A stretch of 41,769 nucleotides of DNA from contig JALUUK010000408.1 of the NCBI GenBank assembly GCA_027021395.1, positions 1 to 41,769 on the forward strand, given 5' to 3'. Positions 25,307 to 34,740 of this stretch are shown piece after piece. The notes beneath the pieces are model-generated. The model saw only the letters and a list, made by a program, of their open reading frames with translations, ran no database searches and was not told the origin of the DNA. A program made the position numbers and the translations under genes. This DNA comes from Acidobacteriota bacterium (lineage in GTDB: Bacteria > Acidobacteriota > Polarisedimenticolia > J045). Numbering within the stretch: the first letter of the stretch is position 1; every line of letters begins with the position of its first letter.

Positions 25307-25666
25307 TCAGGCGTAGATCGGCTGAATCTCGATGATGTCGCCGTCGGCGCTGGCGGCCTCCAGCGCGACGCCTCGGAAGTGCGAGCCGGCGGCTTTGGTC
25401 GCGCTGACCTTGCCGTTAGCGGCCGTGTAGACGTAGGCGCCCTGGCTGATCGCACCAGCGGCGATAACTTTTTGCGTGGGCGAGTTGAGCAGCCGGACGG
25501 GGATCACGTCGCCGTCGGCGAAAGCCTGCCGCTCGGCGACGCCGATGTCTGCATCGTAGATTCCCGCGACGGCCAGCTTTCCGCTGGTGATCTTCACACG
25601 GGCGTACTGGCTGATGGCCCCGCCCGCTTCGAACGTGACACAGAAGCTATCGTGAGTTTGGGACAT
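25307..25666 (-). CDS. Capsid decoration/cement protein (DUF2190-like)
   Basis: AGAISQGAYVY..ANGKV...GVALEAASADGDIIEI. Confidence 0.8.
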   Translation of the reverse strand: MSQTHDSFCVTFEAGGAISQYARVKITSGKLAVAGIYDADIGVAERQAFADGDVIPVRLLNSPTQKVIAAGAISQGAYVYTAANGKVSATKAAGSHFRGVALEAASADGDIIEIQPIYA

Positions 25667-25759
25667 GTCGCACTCCTTCAATTGGTGCAGGCTTTGGCGA
25701 TCTCGATGGTTCTCGGCGGCGTCGACCTCGGCCGGCGTCAGCCGGCCGGCCGCCGAGGC

Positions 25760-26221
25760 TCAGTTGGCGTTGGCTTCGGCGATCAAGGCCTCCCGAAGCT
25801 CGGGGTTCTCTCGGGCCACGAGCTGGACGGCTTTGAATCGGGGCAGCCCTTCGGCGACCTTCGCGCGGACCAGCTCGCGCCATTGGTCTCGGACCGATCC
25901 GGAGCCGGCGGCGATAGAATTGGGCGTGCCATCGGCCAGAGCTTCTGTCCCGGGCGAGGCGGTGGCTTTCAAAGTCTCCAGCTCGGCTCGGAGTTTCTCG
26001 GCTGCGGCGCGCGCTTCGTCGCGCTCCGCGCGAGCGGTCTGCAGATCCGTCTGGAGTTCTTCCAGCCGCAGAGCTTGCCAAGCCAGGAACTCTTCGCGAG
26101 CCTTTTCGACGCTCAGCCCTCGCTCGATCCACTCCAGCAAAAGTTGGCTGTCGGCGCCCGGGCACGCCCCTTTCAGCTCGTTCAGCGTCGCGGCCCGGGG
26201 TTCGTTTCGTTCGTCACTCAC
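25760..26221 (-). CDS. Nested in-frame scaffold protein (lambda Nu3-like)
   Basis: Internal GAGGAGG RBS followed by GTG (VSDERNEP...); coiled coil. Confidence 0.6.
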   Translation of the reverse strand: MSDERNEPRAATLNELKGACPGADSQLLLEWIERGLSVEKAREEFLAWQALRLEELQTDLQTARAERDEARAAAEKLRAELETLKATASPGTEALADGTPNSIAAGSGSVRDQWRELVRAKVAEGLPRFKAVQLVARENPELREALIAEANAN

Positions 26222-27058
26222 CGTCGAACCTCCTCGATCAGATTGCGAGTCCACAAACCGTTGGAACGACGTCAGCACGGACTCGTAGGTGCCGACCTCG
26301 TCGATCAGTCCCAGCCGGCGGGCTTCGGCCGCCAGCCAGACGCGGCCGTCCGCCAAACGGTTCAATTGCTGCTCGGACACATTGCGTCCCCGGCGCACGG
26401 CCGCCAAGAAAAACTCGTTGTGTTCTTCGACCAAGCGCTGCCACTCCGCGAGCTGCTCGTCCGTGATCTCGGTGCCCGGCACCCCCGCGCCCTTGAAGCG
26501 GCCCGTCGTCAACAGGTGCACCTTGATGCCGGCGTCTTCAAACAGACCCGTCCAGTCCCAGACGACGGCATAAGTGCCGATCGAGCCGATCAGAGCCGGT
26601 TCGTTGGCCGCAATCCGATCGGCCTGGCTGGCGATCCAGTAGGCGGCGGAGGCCCCGAGGTCCTCGATGTAGGCCCAGACAGGCTTCCACTGTGCGGCGG
26701 CGGCGACGTCATCCGCGAGTTCCTTGGTCCCGTCGAACGCGCCACCGGGCGAGCTGATCCGCAGCAGAATGCCAGCGACCTGGTCGTCGGCGAGCGCTCG
26801 CCGCAGCCGGTCTCGCACGTCCACGGTCGACGTCCCGCGCCAGGGTTTCGCTTTTGCCAGCGGTCCTCGCAGTTCGAGGATCGCGATGGAGCCGGCACGC
26901 TCGAATGCGCCCGCACCGTCATCCTGCTGGGCCCGGTCGGACCAGAGGCGATCCCCTCTCAGACACGCCTCGATGGCCAACCGGGCCTGCTGCGGTGCGA
27001 CGGCCCAGACGGTTTCCGCCGCCCCGGCCGGTGCTTCAGTCCATCTCGTCTGCGGCAT
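25760..27058 (-). CDS. S49 (SppA/lambda gpC-like) head maturation protease with C-terminal scaffold
   Basis: ISSPGG, GASAAYWIASQAD, IGSIG, VRRGR, ADGRVWLAAEARRLGLIDEV. Confidence 0.92.
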   Translation of the reverse strand: MPQTRWTEAPAGAAETVWAVAPQQARLAIEACLRGDRLWSDRAQQDDGAGAFERAGSIAILELRGPLAKAKPWRGTSTVDVRDRLRRALADDQVAGILLRISSPGGAFDGTKELADDVAAAAQWKPVWAYIEDLGASAAYWIASQADRIAANEPALIGSIGTYAVVWDWTGLFEDAGIKVHLLTTGRFKGAGVPGTEITDEQLAEWQRLVEEHNEFFLAAVRRGRNVSEQQLNRLADGRVWLAAEARRLGLIDEVGTYESVLTSFQRFVDSQSDRGGSTVSDERNEPRAATLNELKGACPGADSQLLLEWIERGLSVEKAREEFLAWQALRLEELQTDLQTARAERDEARAAAEKLRAELETLKATASPGTEALADGTPNSIAAGSGSVRDQWRELVRAKVAEGLPRFKAVQLVARENPELREALIAEANAN

Positions 27059-28619
27059 CGTTTACTCCGTTTGGGTTGGCTTCGTCGCCGGAAAGCGCCA
27101 ATCGGATTCCCTGCGCCGTGGGCGTCGGGATAAGGTCACGCCAATGGACATCGACGCCAAGCTCGTCGGACAACTGGCGTGCGGCTTCAGCCGCCAGCCG
27201 AATGGCAAACGCTCGGTCTTCGACGATCTCGCGCGCCAGAACGACCCAATCGGTGCCCCGCTTCGCGGCGAAGCGCCGGGGACTGGTCATACCGTTGGCC
27301 AGCTCCAGCAAGTTCGCCGTGGCGTCGTGCACCGGCTGGATGTACGGCCAACCGACGGGATTCCATCGGTGACGCATCAGGTCGGCGACGCTTTTCGTAC
27401 GCGCGAATGCCTGCAGCTCGGGATCATTCAGCAGCCATTGGCGGACTTTCCAGCGATAGACCTCGGCGTGGAACTGGCTGGCAAACCAAGACTGGATCTT
27501 GCCATACGTGGCGCGGGCTTGATCGATGACGTTGCGATAGCTGCTGAAGTTGGCCTCGCGCGCATCCAAGAGCAGCACGATCAGCGGCAGGTCCAGATTG
27601 ACGGCCAGGTAAGTCAGTAACAGGCGAACGTGCTCGAAGTACGGTTCGCTCGGGATGCTCGGTGAGAACCCGCTGAGCTTCTCGCCCGGCTCGCCTTGCA
27701 GGATCATTCCTGGATGCAGGCTGGTCTGAGTGAAGCCTGTGCCGTCCGCCCAGGTCGAGCTGGTCTGCTCGCCCAGTTCCGAGCCGTCGCTGCTGGCCAT
27801 CGAGCCCAATTCCCGTTCGCGGAAGAACGCCACACAGGCCGACACCTGGGCCTTGACGAGCATGGCGAAATCCAAGTCGTCGCGCATGCCCAGGACGGTC
27901 GTAACCGGTGCCAGGGCCGTGATGCCGCGTGTCTGGCTGAATCGCTCGGGATTGTAGACGTGAAAGACCAGGCGATTGCCATCGGCGTCGACAGCCGGGA
28001 CGCGGCGGACGTCGGCGACGCGCACCTGCTCGTTCGGGTCGACCGGTTCCCGCGTGAAGGTGTACGCGACGGGCCGGGCTCGGTTATCAAGAATCACGCC
28101 GCAGACGCCGCGATCGCGACGGGCGCGGTCGGGCGTGCGGCAGCGGTGGGCTTCGAGCGTCTGCAAGGTTCCGTCCCGTAACGGCAAGGCGAAAAAGTCG
28201 CCGTCGATGACGACCCGGGCCAGGCCCAGATCGGCCATCTGCTCGAAGGTCAGTTTGCCGGCCGCGTGGCAAACGCTCGGCTGCGAAGACCACTCCTGCC
28301 ATCGCGAGCGCAGATGCTCGTCGACTTCCGGGTCCCCGGTGTCGGGATCGAGCTGCATCCCGCCCACGTTCACGTTGCACACGAGCCGGCGGACTGCCTG
28401 ACGGATCAGAGGTTCGTTCCGCTCGAAGTGCCGCGCCAGCTCGACCATGGTCAGGAACCAACGCTGGTTCCGAATGTGGTAATCCGCGCTCGCGCCGTTC
28501 ACAGGAAGAGAGACCTGCCGCAAGAAGCGGTTGGACCGGTAGCGAGCGGCGTCATATTCCGCCCGGACTTCGGCCATTTGGCGGCAGATGGACGGTGGTC
28601 GTGGTCGTCGGTCAGGCAT
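27036..28619 (-). CDS. Portal protein, lambda family
   Basis: ARHFERN, PVAY, SQTRGIT, NFSSYR, WPYIQPVHD; TGATG coupling. Confidence 0.92.
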   Translation of the reverse strand: MPDRRPRPPSICRQMAEVRAEYDAARYRSNRFLRQVSLPVNGASADYHIRNQRWFLTMVELARHFERNEPLIRQAVRRLVCNVNVGGMQLDPDTGDPEVDEHLRSRWQEWSSQPSVCHAAGKLTFEQMADLGLARVVIDGDFFALPLRDGTLQTLEAHRCRTPDRARRDRGVCGVILDNRARPVAYTFTREPVDPNEQVRVADVRRVPAVDADGNRLVFHVYNPERFSQTRGITALAPVTTVLGMRDDLDFAMLVKAQVSACVAFFRERELGSMASSDGSELGEQTSSTWADGTGFTQTSLHPGMILQGEPGEKLSGFSPSIPSEPYFEHVRLLLTYLAVNLDLPLIVLLLDAREANFSSYRNVIDQARATYGKIQSWFASQFHAEVYRWKVRQWLLNDPELQAFARTKSVADLMRHRWNPVGWPYIQPVHDATANLLELANGMTSPRRFAAKRGTDWVVLAREIVEDRAFAIRLAAEAARQLSDELGVDVHWRDLIPTPTAQGIRLALSGDEANPNGVNDAADEMD

Positions 28620-28918
28620 CAGTCGCGAAACGTCTGAAAGGAGGCATGGATGACACGGCGCGAGCGCGACGCGGCGGTCGTATCGTGATTGCGGAGCCAT
28701 TCTTTGGCGGCCAAAAGCTCCTTGCGGATCAGGTCGGGGCTGAGAGCGACCTGATTTCCCCCCTTGCCGGTCAAACGAGGCATCATGCGCAGCAATAGCC
28801 GGCAGGCGGTGATGAAGACCTTCGCCTTCGCCGGCGAGTTGTCCTCCTCGTAGGAGGCATTGTCGGCGTAGGCCGCTTCGATGTCCGCCAAACTGCTCTG
28901 AGAATTCAGCGTGGCCAT
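28619..28918 (-). CDS. gpW-like head completion protein
   Basis: Small ORF between TerL and portal, as in lambda. Confidence 0.5.
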   Translation of the reverse strand: MATLNSQSSLADIEAAYADNASYEEDNSPAKAKVFITACRLLLRMMPRLTGKGGNQVALSPDLIRKELLAAKEWLRNHDTTAASRSRRVIHASFQTFRD

Positions 28919-29020
28919 ACCGTTAAGTTCGGGTCAGCCCCGACTGCGCGCGAAGGGCAGTTCAGGCGAACCGAACGCGGTTTTGTCGGATCGCTCGGGC
29001 GCGACCGGACGGCTCGGGCG

Positions 29021-29308
29021 CTAGATCCGGCGGCTGACTTGCTCGAAAATCCACCGCACGACATCGTTCGCATGCACAACGGGCCGACCGTCCGCAAAGG
29101 CGGCGCCGGAAGCGAGCAGACCTGCGTAGACCCGCCGAAAGGCGTCCAAGGAGGGGCCGTTGTCGATCTTCAGGTCGATTCGACCGAGCGACTGCGCCAC
29201 GTACGTCCGCTGCTCCGGCTCCGCGACCGGCAAGGCCAGCTCCACCTCGCTGTTGCGGACGGCTCCGCCGGTCGACGTCTTCTTGGATTGCGTCTTTTTC
29301 GCCATCAC
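29021..29308 (-). CDS. Hypothetical protein
   Basis: AGGAG RBS directly after the terL stop. Confidence 0.65.
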   Translation of the reverse strand: MMAKKTQSKKTSTGGAVRNSEVELALPVAEPEQRTYVAQSLGRIDLKIDNGPSLDAFRRVYAGLLASGAAFADGRPVVHANDVVRWIFEQVSRRI

Positions 29309-29313
29309 TGCTC

Positions 29314-31287
29314 CTATCGATCCGTAGCCAAAAAAGGCCGACCATCTGGGGTCGTGAGCGTGCGAGGAACCACCCGCTGGCGGCGTCTGCGTGGGACCGG
29401 CTTACGCGACATCTCGCGGTTCCAATCCCGGCCGTTGTTCTTGTAGTGCCAGGCCATCACGACTGCATAGCGCAAGGCGTCGCGAAACTCGTTGTCCCCC
29501 CGCTTCCGCCAGTGACCGTTTTCGTCCAAATAGTCGTTGCAGAGCTGCTGCGCGAAGTCGATGCCCGTGACCGGCTGGCCGTGAAAGACTTCGGCCGGCA
29601 CGCTGAACCAATCCCGATCCGTGCGCTTCACCAGGCCGGTGATGCGGTCCTCGATCCATTGCTGCGTGCGCGTCGTGTTGGGCTCGATCAGGTCGTACTG
29701 GCCGATCTTGATCCGGGCTGCCACGAGCTTCGGCGGCACCCCGACCCGCTGCATCGCCGGCCGGTACATCTCAATAAAGTTCCCGGCAAAGAAAGGCCGG
29801 CTTGGGTCCGTCGAGGAGCCTTTCACGGGCCAACAATTGGGCAACTCACGGCAGAACGAATAAACCGCTTCGGTGAAGGCGCCCGAGTCGATTCCGATCC
29901 GGACCGGCCGCAGCGCAGGACCGCCATCCGCATGGGGGTACTCCCAGCGGGCGCAGGTGCGCCGCATCTCGTCCTTGCTCCACGCGATTCCGTAGTCGAC
30001 CAGTTGGGACCGAGCGTACTGTCCCCAGGCGATGACCACCCAGTAGAAGATCAGCTCCTCGCCGATCCGGCCCACGTCCGCCCCGACTGTCAGGAACCGC
30101 GACCACTCCGGACAGACTCCCAGCGGTTCATCCACGGCCAGGCGTTCCGCCAACTCGTGAGGCTCGACCGACCGCGGCGCTGGGTCCCACGGCTCGGCGA
30201 GCGTACCGGTGACGAACTCGCGCAACGAGTCGGCGTTGGCCTTGGCCGCGAGAAACTCCGCGACCAATGCGCCCCAGCCGGGGATGACCAAACTGTATAG
30301 CGACGAAATCCCGTCAAAGACGACGATGTCCGGACCGATTTTCGGCCGCCCCAGCACGCGCCCCGTCTTGGCCAACCGCTGGCCTTCCGCGATCCACTTG
30401 CCGGCACGGATCATGCCCGGACGATCCGCATCTGTGATCTTGCAGCCGCTCTGACAGCGATAATAGGCCGTGGCAACGGCTTCTGTAGCGCCGGCCTTGT
30501 CGTCCCACTTCACGCCCGGGCCTTTACCGCGATCGCCCCAAACCAGGCGCTGGTATTTCCCGCAGTGCGGACATCGCACGAAGAAATACCGCCGCTGCGC
30601 GGCTGCCGAGTCGGCGAAGCTGCTGATCGCGCAATCGCCGACTGCTTCCGGCTTGCCCTCCAGGATGTACTTGCTGTCATACGGAAACAGCCTTCCTCGC
30701 TGCAGGAATCGCCGGATCGCGTTCGGCGACCAAAGCCCGGCTTCGTTGACGACCCCGTAGCAGGCCGGATACCCCGCCAGACTGGCGCGGCTGCCAGCGT
30801 ACGCCTTGCGAATCAACCCTGTCTCCAGGCGGACGCCTAGTTTCAGGTTCTGGCGGTGCGGCGGCAAAAGGATCGGCTGGCCGGCTCGCAGCCGATGCGC
30901 CATCGGGATCACCAAGTTCTGCACCAGATCATCGACCGAGGCTTCGTCCGCCGACGCGACCGCACAAGGCCGCCCCGTCGTGACCGCCCAATACAGTAGA
31001 CAGGCGACGGCGGTCAGAGTCTTCGCCGACCGAGTCGCCCAGCGTAGCACGATTACGCGCACCATGGGATCGTCCACGGCCTCCAACACCCCGCGCACAT
31101 GAGGGAACATCGCAGCATCGAACGGCCCCGGCGTCTCGCACACGTCCGGGATAACGACATGCGCGGGAACCCACTCGGCGCACAGCACCCTTGGCGGCGG
31201 TCGCCATACCCGCCAACTGGCACGCAGCAGCTCGTTTGTCGCGACCCTCCTCTGCTGCTCACGAGACACTATCCTTCGTCTGGCCAC
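29314..31287 (-). CDS. Terminase large subunit (lambda GpA family)
   Basis: PGPF..FPH, RSAKT Walker A-like, FVRCPHCG, TLAEPW, TVGADV, IDSG, PVKG, NEFRDALRYA. Confidence 0.92.
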   Translation of the reverse strand: MARRRIVSREQQRRVATNELLRASWRVWRPPPRVLCAEWVPAHVVIPDVCETPGPFDAAMFPHVRGVLEAVDDPMVRVIVLRWATRSAKTLTAVACLLYWAVTTGRPCAVASADEASVDDLVQNLVIPMAHRLRAGQPILLPPHRQNLKLGVRLETGLIRKAYAGSRASLAGYPACYGVVNEAGLWSPNAIRRFLQRGRLFPYDSKYILEGKPEAVGDCAISSFADSAAAQRRYFFVRCPHCGKYQRLVWGDRGKGPGVKWDDKAGATEAVATAYYRCQSGCKITDADRPGMIRAGKWIAEGQRLAKTGRVLGRPKIGPDIVVFDGISSLYSLVIPGWGALVAEFLAAKANADSLREFVTGTLAEPWDPAPRSVEPHELAERLAVDEPLGVCPEWSRFLTVGADVGRIGEELIFYWVVIAWGQYARSQLVDYGIAWSKDEMRRTCARWEYPHADGGPALRPVRIGIDSGAFTEAVYSFCRELPNCWPVKGSSTDPSRPFFAGNFIEMYRPAMQRVGVPPKLVAARIKIGQYDLIEPNTTRTQQWIEDRITGLVKRTDRDWFSVPAEVFHGQPVTGIDFAQQLCNDYLDENGHWRKRGDNEFRDALRYAVVMAWHYKNNGRDWNREMSRKPVPRRRRQRVVPRTLTTPDGRPFLATDR

Positions 31288-31780
31288 CGTCGGTCAGCGC
31301 ACTTTCCACCAGGCTGGCAAACTCGTCGAGAATCCTCGCCACTCGCTCCTCGGCCGCCGCAAGGAACTCTTGTCGCTGCTTGCGGGGCACCAGTGCGGCG
31401 AGTTCACGCGGCACCCGCCGCATCAGACCATCGCGAGCAACGGCAATTGCCCCTGTGATCGCGTCGAGCACGACGTCGCGATCCACCAACCGTCCACGCG
31501 CTACTTGTTCTTCTCGCTCCTTTCGACGCGCGTCCGCCAGCTTGATCCGCGCTTCACTGATCGCTTTCAGCCTTGCCGCTCGCTCTAGGTTCGGATCCCC
31601 CCTTCCACTTTTGAAGAGCCGCTTAAACTCCAGCAGATCCGGGATCGGATACCCGCGTGAGCAATCGGGAAAGGCCGGATGGCGGCTCCAATTGGTGATA
31701 GTTCTGACGCTGACACCGAGGCGTGCAGCCGCTTCAGCCTTGGTTCGGGCGACGTCGACCTTCTGCCCGCGCTTGGCCAT
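31259..31780 (-). CDS. Terminase small subunit (Nu1-like)
   Basis: N-terminal HTH (AAARLGVSVRTITNW), coiled coil, GRLVDRD; overlaps terL. Confidence 0.85.
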   Translation of the reverse strand: MAKRGQKVDVARTKAEAAARLGVSVRTITNWSRHPAFPDCSRGYPIPDLLEFKRLFKSGRGDPNLERAARLKAISEARIKLADARRKEREEQVARGRLVDRDVVLDAITGAIAVARDGLMRRVPRELAALVPRKQRQEFLAAAEERVARILDEFASLVESALTDGGQTKDSVS

Positions 31781-31842
31781 GGGAAGGTAGGCACCTCCGT
31801 GAGCTCGTATCCGACACAAAAACCGCAACCAACCGACTGCGC

Positions 31843-32292
31843 CTAGCCCCCCCTCCCAGCCGAAGGACCCGCCCCCGTCGCAGTGAAGCGCACCGCTCCT
31901 CTGCGCTCTCGCGGCTCGGGCACCCGAACCTGCATCAGCCGCGCAGCCAGGGCAAGACAGTCCGCCGGAGGATTCGGGTCACGTTTCGTTTTCGAGACGT
32001 CGGCGATTAGTGCCTCAACCACATTCTCGCGTTTCGTCTTCGGAAGTGCCTCGATCAGTGCGCCGACCAGTCGATCGGTAGCAACGGAACGATTCACCGT
32101 GATCTGCTCGTCGACACCGACTTGAAGAACCCCTTCTGCGCGGTCGACGAACTGTTTTCCTTGGCATTCCGCGCGTAGCTCAAGCTTGAGCGGCACAGAA
32201 ATTCCGCGAGGCAGCCTGTCCGCGTCGAACAATTTCTTGTAGCGATTTTGGGCGGCTGCGATGGCGATTGCCGCGACCTGTTCTTGTCTCAT
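31843..32292 (-). CDS. Hypothetical protein
   Basis: AAGGA RBS; ATGA coupling. Confidence 0.65.
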   Translation of the reverse strand: MRQEQVAAIAIAAAQNRYKKLFDADRLPRGISVPLKLELRAECQGKQFVDRAEGVLQVGVDEQITVNRSVATDRLVGALIEALPKTKRENVVEALIADVSKTKRDPNPPADCLALAARLMQVRVPEPRERRGAVRFTATGAGPSAGRGG

Positions 32293-32924
32293 GTGCTTCC
32301 TTTCAATCGATTTGCTTCGGCGAATACCACGCGATGAAAGTCGGGCGCGCTGTCCATTTCCCAGTGCTCTAGGTCGAGCTCAAAGACGCCATTGATTCGT
32401 GTGTTGGCCCCCGACACGACCCTCTGCCCCCCGGGAAAGAAAAACGGGGGCGTCGGCCGGAACCGCGGATGCCGCTGGCGGAATACGGTCAGACGCAGGA
32501 CGGAATCAGGCACGACGAGCCGGCTCCACGGTAAAAGGGCGCGCAGCCATCCAAGCCGACCGTGCCGGGCAACAGGATCGCACAACGTGAGCTGGTCAAC
32601 ACAGATCCCCTGCCTGGCCAAACGCGAGCATACTTGTACCGCCGTTGCGCCGCCCCAGGAGAAGCCGACGATCATCACGCGGAGACGTCGCAGAAGAAGA
32701 TCTTCGCATTCGGCGTCCAGCTCTGAAATCATGCGAGCGATCTCATCAGCGCCGATGTACCAGGGGTAGTAGTCGATCAAGAAATCGGGTCCCGCAATCG
32801 ATCGATAGAGACGGTCGCGGAGCTGCAGTATGCCGTTCTGGGGGCTGCCGACCCGCTGCAGAAAGCCGGCAAAAAGAATCACGACATACCGATACGCGCT
32901 GACGGATACTGCGGTTGCCACCAT
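32289..32924 (-). CDS. Alpha/beta-hydrolase fold protein
   Basis: IVGFSWGG nucleophile elbow; VDQLTLCDPV; C-terminal His (LEHWEMD). Confidence 0.75.
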   Translation of the reverse strand: MVATAVSVSAYRYVVILFAGFLQRVGSPQNGILQLRDRLYRSIAGPDFLIDYYPWYIGADEIARMISELDAECEDLLLRRLRVMIVGFSWGGATAVQVCSRLARQGICVDQLTLCDPVARHGRLGWLRALLPWSRLVVPDSVLRLTVFRQRHPRFRPTPPFFFPGGQRVVSGANTRINGVFELDLEHWEMDSAPDFHRVVFAEANRLKGST

Positions 32925-33094
32925 GCGCCCGATCAGTAAGATACCTAGGAGACCCGCCCCCCTCTTGTTTTTGACGCGGCGGTGGCGACCGATGCGAAAA
33001 ACGAGCCTGCGTCAGACGCCACCGGACCCGCCTCGTGCGATTGGACACCGCGAGTGTCGGGTCTGAACCAAGGGCGAGTCAAGAAGGGAATTGG

Positions 33095-33319
33095 ATGCCA
33101 GTACCGACTAGGCTCAAAGCGACGGTGATCTTCCGCGATCTGCGGGAACGAGCGCTTTTCGAGCAGCACGCGAGCGCGACGGGGCAGAGCTTGAACGATG
33201 TGCTGCGAGAGGGATGGCAGTACGAGGGCAACTTTATCCGCTTCCTACGCCGCCGCTACGGTCGCCGTGTCGCGGGCCTCTTCGCCGACGATCGTCGCCG
33301 CCGCGACTGCGAGCGCTGA
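33095..33319 (+). CDS. Small hypothetical protein (possibly RHH-like)
   Basis: AAGGG RBS; strand followed by helix, then GQSLNDVLRE. Confidence 0.4.
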   Translation: MPVPTRLKATVIFRDLRERALFEQHASATGQSLNDVLREGWQYEGNFIRFLRRRYGRRVAGLFADDRRRRDCER

Positions 33320-33354
33320 GCGTTATCTTTGAGGACAGCAGCGACTGCTGTACC

Positions 33355-34011
33355 TCACGGCTGGTTGGTCTGGTCAGCAGGCGCTGCTGAACTCGGTTCT
33401 CCCTTCGGCATTACCATTTGCGTCGGCCGAAAGCTTTCGTCCATGGGTGCATCCAGTTCGCCGTCAACCGTAGTTTTTGGCTCGGCAGCCGATTCGCTGG
33501 GCCACGGCGTGCTGGCAGGCGAAGAGAATTGCTGCGGGACAATTGCCGCGTCATTGTTGTGAACCGGCACCCATCTTTCTTCTAATCCTCCTGCCGTCAG
33601 GAATCCTACAAGCGCACCGAGCGCAAGAAGACCAGACTTTTGCACGAAGTCCCAAAGCTCCTTGGCTTCCTTGCCTCCCCGGCTGAGTGCTCGGTGCCAT
33701 TCCCATATGACCACGACAACTACAAGCAGCGCCACAGCGCCCAGCGACGCAAGAACAACACATCTGGCTTTGGACTCGAGAGTCAACTCTCTTCTGTAAG
33801 TCTCGGTCACGGTTTGCGACGACGTCAATTGCACCGGCTCCCAACTCTCTTGACCGGTCCGGGGGTCGATCCTTTTGATGAGGCGATAGCGCGCATCTGG
33901 AAGCCTCGTTGTCACTGTGATCTCTTCCGGCATCATCAACGCTACCGCGTAAACAACAATCCCGATTGCACTCACAATCCCTAACAGCCCGAACCCCACC
34001 ACTCGCCACAT
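33355..34011 (-). CDS. Multi-pass membrane protein (moron-like)
   Basis: Three hydrophobic segments; lower GC than flanks by eye. Confidence 0.65.
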   Translation of the reverse strand: MWRVVGFGLLGIVSAIGIVVYAVALMMPEEITVTTRLPDARYRLIKRIDPRTGQESWEPVQLTSSQTVTETYRRELTLESKARCVVLASLGAVALLVVVVVIWEWHRALSRGGKEAKELWDFVQKSGLLALGALVGFLTAGGLEERWVPVHNNDAAIVPQQFSSPASTPWPSESAAEPKTTVDGELDAPMDESFRPTQMVMPKGEPSSAAPADQTNQP

Positions 34012-34046
34012 AGCTTGTTCCCTTCGCTTGTCCGCACACTACGAAG

Positions 34047-34331
34047 TTAGCTCCCCCGTCGAGGACTACCTTTCATCAGCCGCGCCCCCGTCGAACGGCG
34101 CGAATCCGCCGGTTCTGGTTCAACTGTCGCGGGCTGTGTCTCAATCAACTGGTCCAGCCGATCGCGGATCGCCGCTAGGTATCCAATGACCTCGCCGGCG
34201 GCCAGAAATACGATCCCGCCGAGCGCTAGCGTCGGGATCTCAAGCGATAAGGCCAAAAAGAAAAAAAGCACGGCGAAGACGAACGCCGGCCATGCCTCCC
34301 CCAGATTGAACTTCCGCCGTCTCGCGGCCAT
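34047..34331 (-). CDS. Small membrane protein
   Basis: Two TM-like segments; AAGGGG RBS. Confidence 0.6.
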   Translation of the reverse strand: MAARRRKFNLGEAWPAFVFAVLFFFLALSLEIPTLALGGIVFLAAGEVIGYLAAIRDRLDQLIETQPATVEPEPADSRRSTGARLMKGSPRRGS

Positions 34332-34411
34332 CGAAATCCCCCTTCTGCTCCGTCGTCCCGAGCCATAGATTTCCCGACCAAACTGCCTGCCCACAACCGT
34401 ACCGAGGTACC

Positions 34412-34481
34412 GCCCGCTTGTCTAGCGCACCTTAGAACGCAGCAAGGACACGTTCCGGGGGTTCAAATCCCCCAGGGGGTA
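34412..34481 (+). pseudogene. tRNA(Glu)-like remnant; 3' part (34457-34481) is a candidate att core
   Basis: Perfect T-arm GGGGG-TTCAAAT-CCCCC plus AGGGGGTA acceptor 3' strand; 5' GCCCGCT-TGTCTAGCG; no canonical anticodon arm. Confidence 0.65.
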
Positions 34482-34519
34482 CTTTTCGGTTGAGGGTTAT
34501 CAGTTGAGGGTTGAGGCAC

Positions 34520-34699
34520 ATGGGACGGGTCGAACGGGATCGGGAGTTGGCTCGGCGGCGGCATCGCCGGATGAAGCTGAGGAAACTGCGGCAGCGGTAC
34601 GCGCAGGCGACCCGGCCGTCCGAGAAAGCGGCCATCGTCGAAAAAGTCCGCAAAATCAGCCCGCTGCTCGACGTCGAAAAAGAATGGGCGACTAGGTGA
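34520..34699 (+). CDS. Small basic protein, DUF6800-like
   Basis: MGRVERDRELARRRHRRMKLRKLR...KVRKISP resembles the Planctomycete family as recalled. Confidence 0.7.
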   Translation: MGRVERDRELARRRHRRMKLRKLRQRYAQATRPSEKAAIVEKVRKISPLLDVEKEWATR

Positions 34700-34740
34700 C
34701 TCACGCCCAAGCCCCATCAGCGCTTTCGGGGGTCAGCAGC

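Noticed and set aside
8320-27620. Long plus-strand ORFs (e.g. 8320..9807, 11219..12856, 18634..20049, 25265..27133)
   Set aside because: Antisense shadows of well-supported minus-strand structural genes, with no motifs
32925-33094. cos/pac packaging site upstream of the late operon
   Set aside because: Position is plausible but no recognisable sequence evidence; read-end data would be needed
34412-34481. Functional tRNA gene
   Set aside because: No canonical D-loop GG or 7-nt anticodon loop, and an acceptor stem mismatch
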